A stretch of DNA of 64,000 nt from a virus (IMGVR_UViG_3300047160_006886:1-64000); one strand, 5' to 3'; shown: positions 32,579 to 42,142, counted from the first letter of the stretch. Notes: generated from the letters alone by a model not told the origin. Numbers and translations: made by a program.

Positions 32579-34095
32579 GGCAGATCATCCTCCTCGGCCA
32601 GGATCGAACCCCACATCTCCAGTTCCTGCTTACGTCTTACCGCCGCAGCCTCTGCTTCATTGATAGTCTGCTGTCGTCGCCGACCTTCCTCGGTCAGTTC
32701 ATCCTTCCCACGCTTCCGTCTGGTCGCCAGGACCACCACCTGAAGGCCGGGTTGCTGGGGCGGTTGGGGCTGAGTCGCGACGACGGTCGCCACAGCACCG
32801 ATACCTCCGGAAGCCGAAGGCATGAGGTTCGATGGTACAGTCACAGTCGCTGCCGCTCCGGCGGATGCAGTGGAGTGTTCGAGCGAGGAAGCTATTTCCG
32901 TCGCCACCGCATGGACAGTCGCCGAAGCCGCCTTGATGGACGAAGCCACGACCGAAGCGGCGGCACCGATAGTCCCTTCCCCACTGGTCGAGAAGCCGGT
33001 GACAGTAGTCTCCATCAGCATATAGGAGCAGGTCATCCGGAGCTGCCCGGACGATGGAGCCGCAGTGCAGAGAACACCGACCTGAGCGCCATCAACCCCG
33101 CCCAGGGTCCACGCCGAGCCGGTGGCCGGGTCAGTCACGAAGAGTTTCTGGATGGTCTGAAAGGCCGGGTTCATACCCAGGGCAGTGGTCGTGTCGGAGT
33201 CAGTAGTCGAACTGCGGAGCCGGGATTTCACCGAGCCGGCGGAAGCGACTACAGAGTTCTCGCAAGCGATGAAGTTCTTGACGGCATTGACAGTACCGGA
33301 AGCGCCGATGGTCCCGGTCGATTGCATGGTGTAGGTCGCTGCATTATTAATAGTCGAATTAGTCACATAGGTCGAAGTGTCGAATGGTATCTCAGTCAGG
33401 TTGGTGTAGCTCCCAGACCAGGCAGTGTAGAAACCAGCCCCGGTCGGTACGGAGACCAGGGTGAACCCGGGGCCGGGGTAGGCCGCTGAGTCGATGTTGC
33501 AGTCATCGTAGTAGAAGTCAACCGTGTTCCCGTTCTTATTCACGTACTTCCCGAAGACCACGTCACCGACCGACTCAGTGGTGGTATCGGTGCCGCTGAT
33601 CTCGCTGACCCCGTTGATCTTGATCTCCCACGCGGTATTGAGCCCGGAGCCGAACTTGCACTCGATCCGGTACCAGGTCCCGGAAGAGAGCACAGTCGTC
33701 CCGGTCGCCATCAGCGTGTTGGCATGGTTGTAAGCCCGGAGGTGACCGTTGAGGTCGAGCCGTATCTGGAAGCCGGGCGGGAGACCCTTCAGAACAGTGA
33801 TAGTTGTGAAGATGATCTCGTCAACAGCTGCCGGCTTGGTCAAGTACTGGAAGTAGAAGCGGACCCAGTAGCCGACGTTGTTCAGCGACGGGGCCTGGAA
33901 CGCAGTCAGGACACCATTGTTGCCGATCAGCCCGAATGAGAAGTAGCCCGTGCCGGTCGTGGTCGGGTTGCAGCGGAAGGCATACTTCCCGGTATGGACG
34001 ACAGAGGTCTGGACAGAGAACGTCCCGGCACTAGTCGACAACTCGCTGGTGTCGCCAGTCTCAGCACCGGTGAAGTTCACAGTCGTCGCGGACAT
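32575..34095 (-). CDS. Virion structural protein, concanavalin/LamG-like beta-sandwich
   Basis: T/S/G-rich; GTWYRIE...EIKING...FYYDD pattern typical of fibre/capsid accessory proteins. Confidence 0.6.
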   Translation of the reverse strand: MSATTVNFTGAETGDTSELSTSAGTFSVQTSVVHTGKYAFRCNPTTTGTGYFSFGLIGNNGVLTAFQAPSLNNVGYWVRFYFQYLTKPAAVDEIIFTTITVLKGLPPGFQIRLDLNGHLRAYNHANTLMATGTTVLSSGTWYRIECKFGSGLNTAWEIKINGVSEISGTDTTTESVGDVVFGKYVNKNGNTVDFYYDDCNIDSAAYPGPGFTLVSVPTGAGFYTAWSGSYTNLTEIPFDTSTYVTNSTINNAATYTMQSTGTIGASGTVNAVKNFIACENSVVASAGSVKSRLRSSTTDSDTTTALGMNPAFQTIQKLFVTDPATGSAWTLGGVDGAQVGVLCTAAPSSGQLRMTCSYMLMETTVTGFSTSGEGTIGAAASVVASSIKAASATVHAVATEIASSLEHSTASAGAAATVTVPSNLMPSASGGIGAVATVVATQPQPPQQPGLQVVVLATRRKRGKDELTEEGRRRQQTINEAEAAAVRRKQELEMWGSILAEEDDLP

Positions 34096-34097
34096 CG

Positions 34098-34370
34098 TCA
34101 GACCCTTATCTCCAAGTGAGCGATCGAGAAGGTATCCCAGTCGATGTCGATGACCACCTGCCTATCATCGAGAGCCAGAGCCGAAGCGATGCGATGAATG
34201 AGCTGGCTTCGGGCCATCTCCTGCTGGAGGTCTTCGCCTCCCCCGATGGCCACAGTTTCCAGGGCCAGAAAGGTAGCCTGGACATCTGCAGTCGAGACGA
34301 CCACAATCCGCTCCCGGTCGCGGATATAGATGCCGCCGTTTTCGATCCGCTGCTCGACGATAGCCGGCAT
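34098..34370 (-). CDS. Hypothetical protein
   Basis: GGAG RBS; tight packing with neighbours. Confidence 0.6.
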   Translation of the reverse strand: MPAIVEQRIENGGIYIRDRERIVVVSTADVQATFLALETVAIGGGEDLQQEMARSQLIHRIASALALDDRQVVIDIDWDTFSIAHLEIRV

Positions 34371-34382
34371 TACACACTCTCC

Positions 34383-35009
34383 TCAGAACCTTCGCAAGTC
34401 CCTATCGATGAACTCAACCGCCTTGGTCTGGAATGGTCTTCCAGCGAAGGAAGCAATCTCCGCGACGGAGAGCGCTTTGTAGTCGATGACCTGGTCAAAG
34501 GGCACTTCCAGGACCCGGCTCGGCTTCGGCTGAGTGTTATCAATAATGTCTTCGATCATCATCAAGTGCCGGGATAACTGCTCCGCAGCTTCCCACCACG
34601 AAGTCCGGGTTCTCGCGGCCCAGCTCTTGACGCAGCGATGGAAGGGCCGGACCGGACGAATGATCTTCGTGTCCGGGAAGAGCTGCAGGAAGTTCGACCA
34701 GAGGAAGGGCAGGCGCCACTCATTGATCGCCCACGGCTCCTCCTTGGAGAGAAGGTGACTCCTCCACCGCTGCAGCTCCGGCCACGGTGTCCCTCTCTCC
34801 TCGACTAGATGAGTCGGGGCGAACGGCTTGCGGATGAACCCATCGTGCAGAGCGGCAAGTTGAGCGTCGACAAAGAACCCCTTGGGATTCCAGTCCTTAT
34901 CCGCAGGCCACAGCTCCCCCGAACCCAGGGAATAGCCAAGGTGGTGAAGGATACCAGCGATCAGGCTATTACCGCTTCTGGGCACTCCGAGCACTGCGAT
35001 CATCACCAT
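34383..35009 (-). CDS. Sulfotransferase family protein
   Basis: VLGVPRSGNS (5'-PSB loop), NPKGFF and R.....VKSW (3'-PB). Confidence 0.75.
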   Translation of the reverse strand: MVMIAVLGVPRSGNSLIAGILHHLGYSLGSGELWPADKDWNPKGFFVDAQLAALHDGFIRKPFAPTHLVEERGTPWPELQRWRSHLLSKEEPWAINEWRLPFLWSNFLQLFPDTKIIRPVRPFHRCVKSWAARTRTSWWEAAEQLSRHLMMIEDIIDNTQPKPSRVLEVPFDQVIDYKALSVAEIASFAGRPFQTKAVEFIDRDLRRF

Positions 35010-35031
35010 CGTGGCTCCAGTTCGGTTAGCT

Positions 35032-35241
35032 TCAAAATCTCTCTCCGTGACCACCGCCATTGAAGTGCTCGAATCTCTGGCAACAATCGAAACACACGTA
35101 CTTTCCGCAGCCCCCGCACCGGGCGCACAGGTCGCAGACAGATACTCCGCAGTGAACACATTCATGATTCAGCGCCATCCAGTTTGGCGTCTCATCGCCG
35201 CCATCGTTTCCGCAGGCCGGGCACGGTTCTACTGATGTCAT
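35032..35241 (-). CDS. Cys-rich zinc-finger protein
   Basis: Multiple CxxC pairs. Confidence 0.55.
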   Translation of the reverse strand: MTSVEPCPACGNDGGDETPNWMALNHECVHCGVSVCDLCARCGGCGKYVCFDCCQRFEHFNGGGHGERF

Positions 35242-35255
35242 GACGCTGTTCCAAT

Positions 35256-35600
35256 TCAACTGAGACTTAGGTGCCATCGACCGTGCGTCAAGTAACCATG
35301 CCAGTAATACGTTCCGTGCCCGGCGCCGATAGAGTCTCTTATCGTCAGCGTGCCGTCCGCCTCTTCCGTGAACGTGTGAGGCGGGCTTTGAACGTGATGC
35401 ATCGACCTCGCTTCTCCATGCACATCCGGGTCTCGGGCTATCGGTAACAAGAAGAATACACACGGGTTTCCGTTGCTCGCGCAATTGACCGGACCGCAGT
35501 AATCTCCGGCGTCCTTCAAGATCGAATAAGGGTCTTGACCTCCCACGATTGGCAAACGCCGACCCTGCATTTCCGTTGGCATGATTAGAACCCTTCCCAA
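35256..35600 (-). CDS. DUF6527-like hypothetical protein
   Basis: GTLTIRDSI.....WHGYLT.GRW C-terminal motif. Confidence 0.55.
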   Translation of the reverse strand: MGRVLIMPTEMQGRRLPIVGGQDPYSILKDAGDYCGPVNCASNGNPCVFFLLPIARDPDVHGEARSMHHVQSPPHTFTEEADGTLTIRDSIGAGHGTYYWHGYLTHGRWHLSLS

Positions 35601-35881
35601 TATCGCTTACGTGCCCGATAGAGCCGTGTGTCTCGCCGAACTTGAGCCGCCCAAAACCTCTTTCTTTTTGCCTGCATCTTGCGGCATGTCCTGCAAGTTA
35701 CTACCAGACTGCCTGGCGGTTTGTGTCGCGTGTTGACGGTCAACCGTGGCTCGATAGCGGGCTCGGCATACCGAAGGAACTCTGGATACTGCCGTCGCAT
35801 CTCTGCTAGCGGCACTTCTGCTCGAAGGTCGTGTTCGGTGCGTGTTTGATGTTGTACTGGTCGGATAAAGACATATCTCAC
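35585..35881 (-). CDS. Hypothetical basic protein
   Basis: Fills the gap; H...CxxC motif. Confidence 0.5.
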   Translation of the reverse strand: MRYVFIRPVQHQTRTEHDLRAEVPLAEMRRQYPEFLRYAEPAIEPRLTVNTRHKPPGSLVVTCRTCRKMQAKRKRFWAAQVRRDTRLYRARKRYWEGF

Positions 35882-35887
35882 TCGCTT

Positions 35888-36106
35888 TCATTCAAGGACC
35901 GGCAGCCCAGCCTTGCGCCGCTCGGCGTTCCATTCAAGCACATCGCGCTGAAGCGCCGCTACTAGGCCGAGCGCCTCCTCCATCGCCACGATCTTCTGGA
36001 CTACGCTGTGGGAATTGTTCGCGTTCATCAGGTTGACCAGTTGGTCGAGGAGGTCCTGGCCCCTGGCCTCGGCCATCTCGTCAGTGATCTTGAACTTCGC
36101 GATCAT
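35888..36106 (-). CDS. Hypothetical helical protein
   Basis: Tight packing; typical codon usage. Confidence 0.6.
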   Translation of the reverse strand: MIAKFKITDEMAEARGQDLLDQLVNLMNANNSHSVVQKIVAMEEALGLVAALQRDVLEWNAERRKAGLPVLE

Positions 36107-36108
36107 GA

Positions 36109-36747
36109 CTACGATCCCGTGATGGTGTAAGTGACGGCCAGCGTCCCGCCGCTGGACACGTTCAAGGTTGAGAAAGTGTCGTGGCAGAGCAGGAAGTTCT
36201 TGCCGCCGGCGGTGATCCGCAGGCCGACCTCCTGGTAAGCGCGGTTGGCCCCGGCGGTGACTGTCCCGGTGACGGTGAACGATCCCGACGAGCCAGAGCC
36301 GGAGTAGGCGTTGACGACTCCTGCGATGGTCTCGGTGGAGGTGCCCAGGGCGACGTCGAGGACGGTCGCGGCCGTGCCTGTAGTGCCCGCTTCGATGGTC
36401 ACCGCCGAAGTAGTCGTCGGCGTCGCTCCGCCTATCGAGGCGGTCGACGAATCCTCGGCGGTGATGGTCTCGGCGGTCACCAGAATGTTGGCCTGGATGA
36501 ACTGCATGAACTGCTTGGTCGCCAGGTCGCCCCTGATCTCCCGAGTCTCCCTGACCGGCATGCAGGTACAGGCCTTCCCAAGTGGGGCATGGATCGGGCA
36601 GGGATCACGAACCTCCAGCTTCAGGTCGATCCGGATGTGACCCCGCTGGACATCCGGGGCCGGAGCTGCTGCTGCTACAGGACCCGTCACCAAGGCCGGG
36701 GCTTCCTTCACTTCATCGTCGTCGTCGCTGCTACTGCTCATCATCAT
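36109..36747 (-). CDS. Putative virion structural protein
   Basis: T/A/G-rich; EVGL...LL.HDTF..LNV.SG.TL.VTYTI C-terminus is common in phage structural proteins. Confidence 0.6.
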   Translation of the reverse strand: MMMSSSSDDDDEVKEAPALVTGPVAAAAPAPDVQRGHIRIDLKLEVRDPCPIHAPLGKACTCMPVRETREIRGDLATKQFMQFIQANILVTAETITAEDSSTASIGGATPTTTSAVTIEAGTTGTAATVLDVALGTSTETIAGVVNAYSGSGSSGSFTVTGTVTAGANRAYQEVGLRITAGGKNFLLCHDTFSTLNVSSGGTLAVTYTITGS

Positions 36748-37579
36748 CGTTCGTCTCCGTAGTTATGGTCGCAGTGGACCGACTCCCGTCCGCATGGCGG
36801 AAGCTGATAGTCTTCTCCCTGGGTCGGACCAGAGTTGCCAGCTCCTCGGCGACATTGGCAATGGCCTCGATAGATGGCTGTAATTCACCGACGATGACTC
36901 CCGCCAGCTCCTCGACCGGCATATTCACTGTCACCGGCGACGACTGGCTATTGACGACCGGTGGTTGCTGGGGCCGAGCCAGGTTAGCGACGAGGGAAGT
37001 AAGCTGCGATAGCTGCTGGTCAAGACTCCGGACCAGACCACCCAGGGTCCCGGCCATCGCCGATAGGACTTCCGCCATCGCTGTCTGCGATTCCTTCAGA
37101 GCATTGGCGACCGGAGTCATATCGACGAGAACCTCCACCGGCACCTCACTCGCCATGATGGTCGGAGCGAACTTATTGGTGATAGGCGTGGGTTCGATGC
37201 GGTTCTCGATAGTCACTGGAGTCGGCTGGAGCGATGGCAGGTTCAACTGCGGCGAAAACTCATTCCGGATCGGTGTTGGCTCAATCCGGTTTTCGATGGT
37301 CACTGGGGTAGGCTGAACCTGCGGGGAAAAAGTCGGCGAGAACTCATTCCGGACTTCCGGACTTTGGAGCCGGTTCTCGATAGTGATGGGTGTCGGAGCT
37401 ACTTCGTTGATGACCGCCGGCGTCTCGACCGAATTGTGCACATGCACGTCCGGTGGCGTCGCAGCCGGAATTTCATTATGGACATAGGGCGGAAGCTGTC
37501 GCTGGGTGAGTCGCTTGTTCAGGACCCGGCCCATCGCCTTGATGGCGACTTGCATGTCATCGCTGAGGACACGACTCAT
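36731..37579 (-). CDS. Internally repetitive protein (PTPxTIENR / RNEFSP repeats), probably head-associated
   Basis: Three PTP(I/V)TIENR repeats and many V/I-x-N motifs; AAGGAGG RBS. Confidence 0.7.
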   Translation of the reverse strand: MSRVLSDDMQVAIKAMGRVLNKRLTQRQLPPYVHNEIPAATPPDVHVHNSVETPAVINEVAPTPITIENRLQSPEVRNEFSPTFSPQVQPTPVTIENRIEPTPIRNEFSPQLNLPSLQPTPVTIENRIEPTPITNKFAPTIMASEVPVEVLVDMTPVANALKESQTAMAEVLSAMAGTLGGLVRSLDQQLSQLTSLVANLARPQQPPVVNSQSSPVTVNMPVEELAGVIVGELQPSIEAIANVAEELATLVRPREKTISFRHADGSRSTATITTETNDDDEQ

Positions 37580-37865
37580 GATGAAGCCGACCTCCTTCCG
37601 CCACGATAGACTTTCTTCGGGTAGGTCAGAGAGGGAAAGTTGTTCTGCAGTCGCTTCGGCTTGGCGTGGCTCAACCGTTCGCCGCGGGGGCGCATCGAAC
37701 CGGGGATCACCTTGCTCCGTTGAATGTTCATCAGTCAGACCCTCTCAACATAGTTGATAAGAGACATCCAGGCGGCACGGTCAAAGTGGAGTCCCGACAG
37801 AATCATCCACCGCTCCACCTCTTTCAGCCAGGCATTGAAGAGCACGCACTTGGCGATGTCGGCCA

Positions 37866-38099
37866 TCAGAGCCGCTTCTCCACTTCTTGAAGAAACAAAA
37901 TCGCCCCACGGACCATCTTCCGCAAGTTGCTGATCTTGTCGCCGTTGGGGTCTTCGGGCAGTTCCAGGAATAGACCGGAGCGGCTGATGCCCTCGGCGGT
38001 CGCCCTGGACATCAGGAGGTGCAGAGCCGCCGATGACCCCTTTTCAGCCATCAGAGCACCCATCTGCCGGCCTAGTTCCTCCATGCTCTCCTCAGTCAC
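37866..38099 (-). CDS. Hypothetical protein
   Basis: GGAGG RBS; GTGA overlap. Confidence 0.55.
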   Translation of the reverse strand: MTEESMEELGRQMGALMAEKGSSAALHLLMSRATAEGISRSGLFLELPEDPNGDKISNLRKMVRGAILFLQEVEKRL

Positions 38100-38308
38100 G
38101 ATCGCGGATCTCCTCCGTGCTCCAACTCCTTGTCGACCTGCCACTCGCAGTTGGCCCACCTCGCTACGTTGGTCCTCTGCAACTCGAAGCAAGCGATACA
38201 CATCGGGGCCGGGTAGATCTCAAAGCCATTGCGGAAGATGGTCATGTCCGGGAAGGTCTCGGCCATCATGCCGCAGCGAAGGCAGGGTTCAGCAGGGCGG
38301 ATGGTCAC
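38096..38308 (-). CDS. Small zinc-finger protein
   Basis: CLRC...CIAC; coupled to the portal stop. Confidence 0.55.
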   Translation of the reverse strand: MTIRPAEPCLRCGMMAETFPDMTIFRNGFEIYPAPMCIACFELQRTNVARWANCEWQVDKELEHGGDPRS

Positions 38309-41300
38309 TGCATCTCCTCCTCCATCATATCGGCGACCTCGGCTATCCGGTCGTCGTCGTCGTCGTCGTTGCTCCTTCTGTTATCGACGCCTCGGTACCG
38401 ATTCTCTGTGTCCTCATCAGCCTCTTCATCCTCCTTTTGTTCCTTCGCCTCGCCCTCATCCTCATCACCCGACTCGGCTTTAGCTTCCTTCCTTGCCATT
38501 CCAGCTTCGGCGTCGGGAGACTGCTGCCCTCCATCCCCCCTGCCGCCTTGGCCATCACCGCCGCCCTCTCCTCCTTGCTGCTGTCCGTCGAGATTGGTGT
38601 CGCCGCCGAATCCATCACCGCCTCCTTTGGAAGGGTCCTTGTAACCTTCGGGAGCCTGCGGCACGTAGCCCTGCTCATCCGCCAGGTCTGCTCGCTCTTG
38701 CTCCTCCTCTTCCTGCCGCTTGGTGGCTTCATCAACGACCGCCTGCGACTCTTCCTCGGTCCAACCGAGGATCTTGGTGAAGAACGATTGCTCGCTCATG
38801 ATGTTCGACATCCCACCGGGACCGGCGTAGAGTTGCAGAGTCTGGGCGTTCTGAAATGCGATGCCGGCTTTGTCCTTCTTGCCCAGGGCGTCGACATCCG
38901 GCCACTCGATGCGGTAGCCGCCAGTGGCGACCTCGATCTGCTTGTCCTTGGTGCCCTTGGTCGCCTTGCCATTATCCTTTCCGTTCCCGTTCCCGCCGTT
39001 GCCGCTGTCATCATCGTCATCATCACCCTGATTTCCGACGAAGCGGTTCCTGGCGGCCTGCTTCTCGTAGACCATGTCGCGGATGGCTGCTGCCGTCGCG
39101 GTCTTCTTCTCACCGGATGGCGCGGTCAGTTCGTAGTGGGTGACCCACTTGCCCTCGTGCGGTATCGACTGTCCCATACCGAGCTTGTAGCCCATCTGCT
39201 TGAGTGCTGCCTGAACCTGCGGCAAGTTGGCCTTCCTCTTGTTCTTCGGCAGTTTAACTGAGTGAGTGCCCCCGCCATCGGCGAAGCGGCCGGCTTCATC
39301 TCGCGGCTGGTCCTCATCATAGTTGAAGGCGGGTACTGGCTGGCCAGGCTTGACCAGCAGGAAGTTCTTGACCAGCCGTCCGGTCGCCTGATCCCGACGG
39401 ATGACCTGTCGCTTGATCTTAAAGCCCTGCCGCAGGAGGTTCTGAACCTGCTCCTTCTGGCTCTCCTTAGGCTCGGGCAACACGCCGATCTGGATGAGCC
39501 GGTCGATGAGAGGGCAGATGATCTTCGGCGTGATGTAATTCTGCTGCCGCTCGGCCTTCCGCTTGTTCCAGGCTTCGTCGTCCTGGCTGCTGGCCAGTTC
39601 GCCTCGCTCCGAGCCCTTAAAGACACGAATCGGACAGCCAATCTTGATGCAGATCGCTTCGATGCAGGCATTTAAGTGCGGGGTCGGATCGACGACTGAT
39701 GGCGGCAGGGTCTTGGCCGACATGCCCATCAGCACGAGATATCGCTGGAGGCGGGCCTTGTAATCGACCATCATCTGGCGAATGCTCGGCTCGTCGATGA
39801 GCACATCGCCGCCCAGAGTTGGAGCGGTCTCCAGGCTGATAGACGGGAAGCAGCTTTGCCAGTAGCCCTCGGCGCCGGCACCGCGGACCTTCCTACGGTC
39901 AAGCACCTCAGGTAGGACCTGCTTCAATCGCGGGAAGCCGAAGATCTCCGAGTTGAGGAGGTTGTCGGCGATGTGGATGACCCTTGACCAATGCACGTAG
40001 ACAGTAGCCAGGGGTAGACCCACACCAGAATGAGGCTGGCGAGGATCATTAAGGGTAACCCGATACATAACAGGCAGACCGAATCGCGGGTTGCGGATGT
40101 TCCACTCATACCTCACCACCTGCACTAGGTCTTCTGAGAAACAGCGGAGGAAGACGAGTCGCCGCTTCTTCTTGGCCGGCTTGTCGGCGAAGCTCTCCGA
40201 GGGGCCGAACTGGACGCCGAAGTATTGCTGGTCAGTTCCACTGAGAGAAGGAGCAATTTCTCCGATAGGAGCCGGCATGCCGAGGCCGAATCCTTGACTG
40301 TACTGTCGGTCAGTTCCCTGGATGAACGGACCATCGCCCGGATATCCCGCACTCCGACCAAGATACGGGTCAATATCCGGCGTAGTTTTGTTTTCGACAC
40401 GCCCGCTGAGTGTTTCAGCCCCACCTCGATCAGAGCCAGCGACTCGTCGTCGGGCCTGAAGGGACTCGATGATCTTGACGTTGTTCTCATGGTTGGTAAC
40501 AAGTTGTCCTCCTCGCTTGTTGACGATGATGCGGCCGCGGTCGGTCAGGACGCAGGCTTGAGTCTGACGGTCCCACTTCCAGAGACCATCCCGCTTCAAG
40601 CTCTCCGCTTCCCGCTCCTCGACCCAGGGATCATAATTGAAAGTCGAGTCCTCGCGGTCGGTGACATCGAGCTGACCGATCTCTCTCGTCTCGCCGTTCT
40701 CCCACGTGGAGATCGGGATCACCTTTCTGTTATCGATGATGGCAATCTGCTCATTATCAGCCAGCTCCGCCGCCGACGGTGGATGATCGGGCAGGACCTC
40801 CTGGCAAGAGACCCACTCCAGCTGCCTCGTCTTGAGGTTGCGGACCTGGACGCGGGTATTGGCGATGACCTCAACACCATCGACCGGGTCCTGCAGATTC
40901 TTGCCATCGTCGAGACCGAGGAGGATGATGCCGAACTGGCCAATGCCTGAAGTGATATCCGCTCGAAGGATGTGCTCCCAGATCGGTGCACCCTGCTCTT
41001 CGGCATGCCACGAGCTGCCCGACATATTGACCTGATTAGCAGTGTCATCCCATGCCTCCTCAAACTCGGTCGCCTCGTCGGAATGCTCAGACTCGTAGAT
41101 GGTCGGAGCACCCTGGAAGCACTCCTTGGGCATCACCTCGACCACCCTGGCGGCGATGGCGTCCTGGTCGTAGAGGGAACGATAGAATTGCGGGGTCATC
41201 TCCTCCGGCGACGGCCAGCCGCACTCCTCGCGGATCATGTGACCCCGCTCGAAGAAGCGGTTGAAGAACTCGCTCCGGGAGGTGACGACCTGGTTGATGA

Positions 41301-41673
41301 CACCGTCCATGTTGGCGATGAACCGCTCCATGTCTTCGCGAGTCGGTGGCGTGCCCTGGAAGGTCCGCCGCAGATCACTCGGATCGAAGCCGTGAGCGTT
41401 GAAGGCAGGTCCGTTTTGACCATTGCCATTGCCGAATGGTGGAGGTGGGGGTGGGGGAGATGATCCGCCGAAGCCCCTCCACTCAGGAGGTGGAGATGCT
41501 CCGCCAGAGCCGGCTCCATCCGGCGGAGGAGAAGGTGGGGGTGAGCCGCCCCCGGTATTGCCAGTGGGGGGACTGCCTCCACCCGGAGTCTGTTCGTGCG
41601 TCTCTCCGGAAGAGTTGCCGACCGGCGGCTCTCCAGAATTGGTCGTCGGTGTTCTTCTTCGCTGCCTCGCCAT
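38305..41673 (-). CDS. Portal protein (DUF1073-like) with low-complexity termini and inserted modules
   Basis: LY.QDAIAARVVE..PKE, PRFGLPVMY, VHWSRVIH..D...FG.PRL and IGCPIRVFKGSERGELASSQD motifs; downstream of terL. Confidence 0.85.
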   Translation of the reverse strand: MARQRRRTPTTNSGEPPVGNSSGETHEQTPGGGSPPTGNTGGGSPPPSPPPDGAGSGGASPPPEWRGFGGSSPPPPPPPFGNGNGQNGPAFNAHGFDPSDLRRTFQGTPPTREDMERFIANMDGVINQVVTSRSEFFNRFFERGHMIREECGWPSPEEMTPQFYRSLYDQDAIAARVVEVMPKECFQGAPTIYESEHSDEATEFEEAWDDTANQVNMSGSSWHAEEQGAPIWEHILRADITSGIGQFGIILLGLDDGKNLQDPVDGVEVIANTRVQVRNLKTRQLEWVSCQEVLPDHPPSAAELADNEQIAIIDNRKVIPISTWENGETREIGQLDVTDREDSTFNYDPWVEEREAESLKRDGLWKWDRQTQACVLTDRGRIIVNKRGGQLVTNHENNVKIIESLQARRRVAGSDRGGAETLSGRVENKTTPDIDPYLGRSAGYPGDGPFIQGTDRQYSQGFGLGMPAPIGEIAPSLSGTDQQYFGVQFGPSESFADKPAKKKRRLVFLRCFSEDLVQVVRYEWNIRNPRFGLPVMYRVTLNDPRQPHSGVGLPLATVYVHWSRVIHIADNLLNSEIFGFPRLKQVLPEVLDRRKVRGAGAEGYWQSCFPSISLETAPTLGGDVLIDEPSIRQMMVDYKARLQRYLVLMGMSAKTLPPSVVDPTPHLNACIEAICIKIGCPIRVFKGSERGELASSQDDEAWNKRKAERQQNYITPKIICPLIDRLIQIGVLPEPKESQKEQVQNLLRQGFKIKRQVIRRDQATGRLVKNFLLVKPGQPVPAFNYDEDQPRDEAGRFADGGGTHSVKLPKNKRKANLPQVQAALKQMGYKLGMGQSIPHEGKWVTHYELTAPSGEKKTATAAAIRDMVYEKQAARNRFVGNQGDDDDDDSGNGGNGNGKDNGKATKGTKDKQIEVATGGYRIEWPDVDALGKKDKAGIAFQNAQTLQLYAGPGGMSNIMSEQSFFTKILGWTEEESQAVVDEATKRQEEEEQERADLADEQGYVPQAPEGYKDPSKGGGDGFGGDTNLDGQQQGGEGGGDGQGGRGDGGQQSPDAEAGMARKEAKAESGDEDEGEAKEQKEDEEADEDTENRYRGVDNRRSNDDDDDDRIAEVADMMEEEMQ

Positions 41674-41930
41674 CAGCGTCTTAAGCCCTTCCTTGCCAAG
41701 GGAGGTTTCTTCTTCTGCTTCGCCTCTCGCTCCTTCTCTGCGATCATATCCTGAACCTTCTCCCGCGGGTTGAACATGAGGATCGCCTGCGGCAGCAGGT
41801 TCGGATTGAACTTCGCCAAGTGGAACAAGTTCACCACCTCCAGCTCGGTCATGTAGAAGCCGTCGAGCAGCTTCTCGGCGACCGCCCGCTCCTTCTCCGT
41901 CAATGAGTCAAGGATCGATGGCTTCTTCAC
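41673..41930 (-). CDS. Hypothetical protein
   Basis: GTG start overlaps the upstream stop; its own stop overlaps the portal ATG. Confidence 0.55.
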   Translation of the reverse strand: MKKPSILDSLTEKERAVAEKLLDGFYMTELEVVNLFHLAKFNPNLLPQAILMFNPREKVQDMIAEKEREAKQKKKPPLARKGLRR

Positions 41931-42142
41931 TTCACCCGCTCTCCTCGCTCCAGGCCAGCTGCCCTTGCCGCCTGCCACCACTCCGGCCGCAGGTGCAGAC
42001 GGTTGGTCATCACTCTCCGGTCGAGCCACTCGTTGCAGTAGCCGCAGCACTGGCGATGGTCGCGGAGCCTCCGGATGTCATCATCGGTCTCGCTGCCGGG
42101 GGCCATCGCCAGGATGAAGTCGCGGAACTCGTCACAGCTCAC
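41927..42142 (-). CDS. zf-HC2 (ZAS anti-sigma-like) zinc-finger protein
   Basis: MSCDEFR...HRQCCGYC (C...HxxxCxxC); GGGAG RBS before GTG 42142. Confidence 0.6.
   Translation of the reverse strand: MSCDEFRDFILAMAPGSETDDDIRRLRDHRQCCGYCNEWLDRRVMTNRLHLRPEWWQAARAAGLERGERVK

Noticed and set aside
1943-34385. Other in-frame TGA junctions (1955/1942, 5119/5076, 30084/30080, 34383/34370) as readthrough sites
   Set aside because: The downstream genes have their own SD and ATG, and no SECIS-like hairpin follows.
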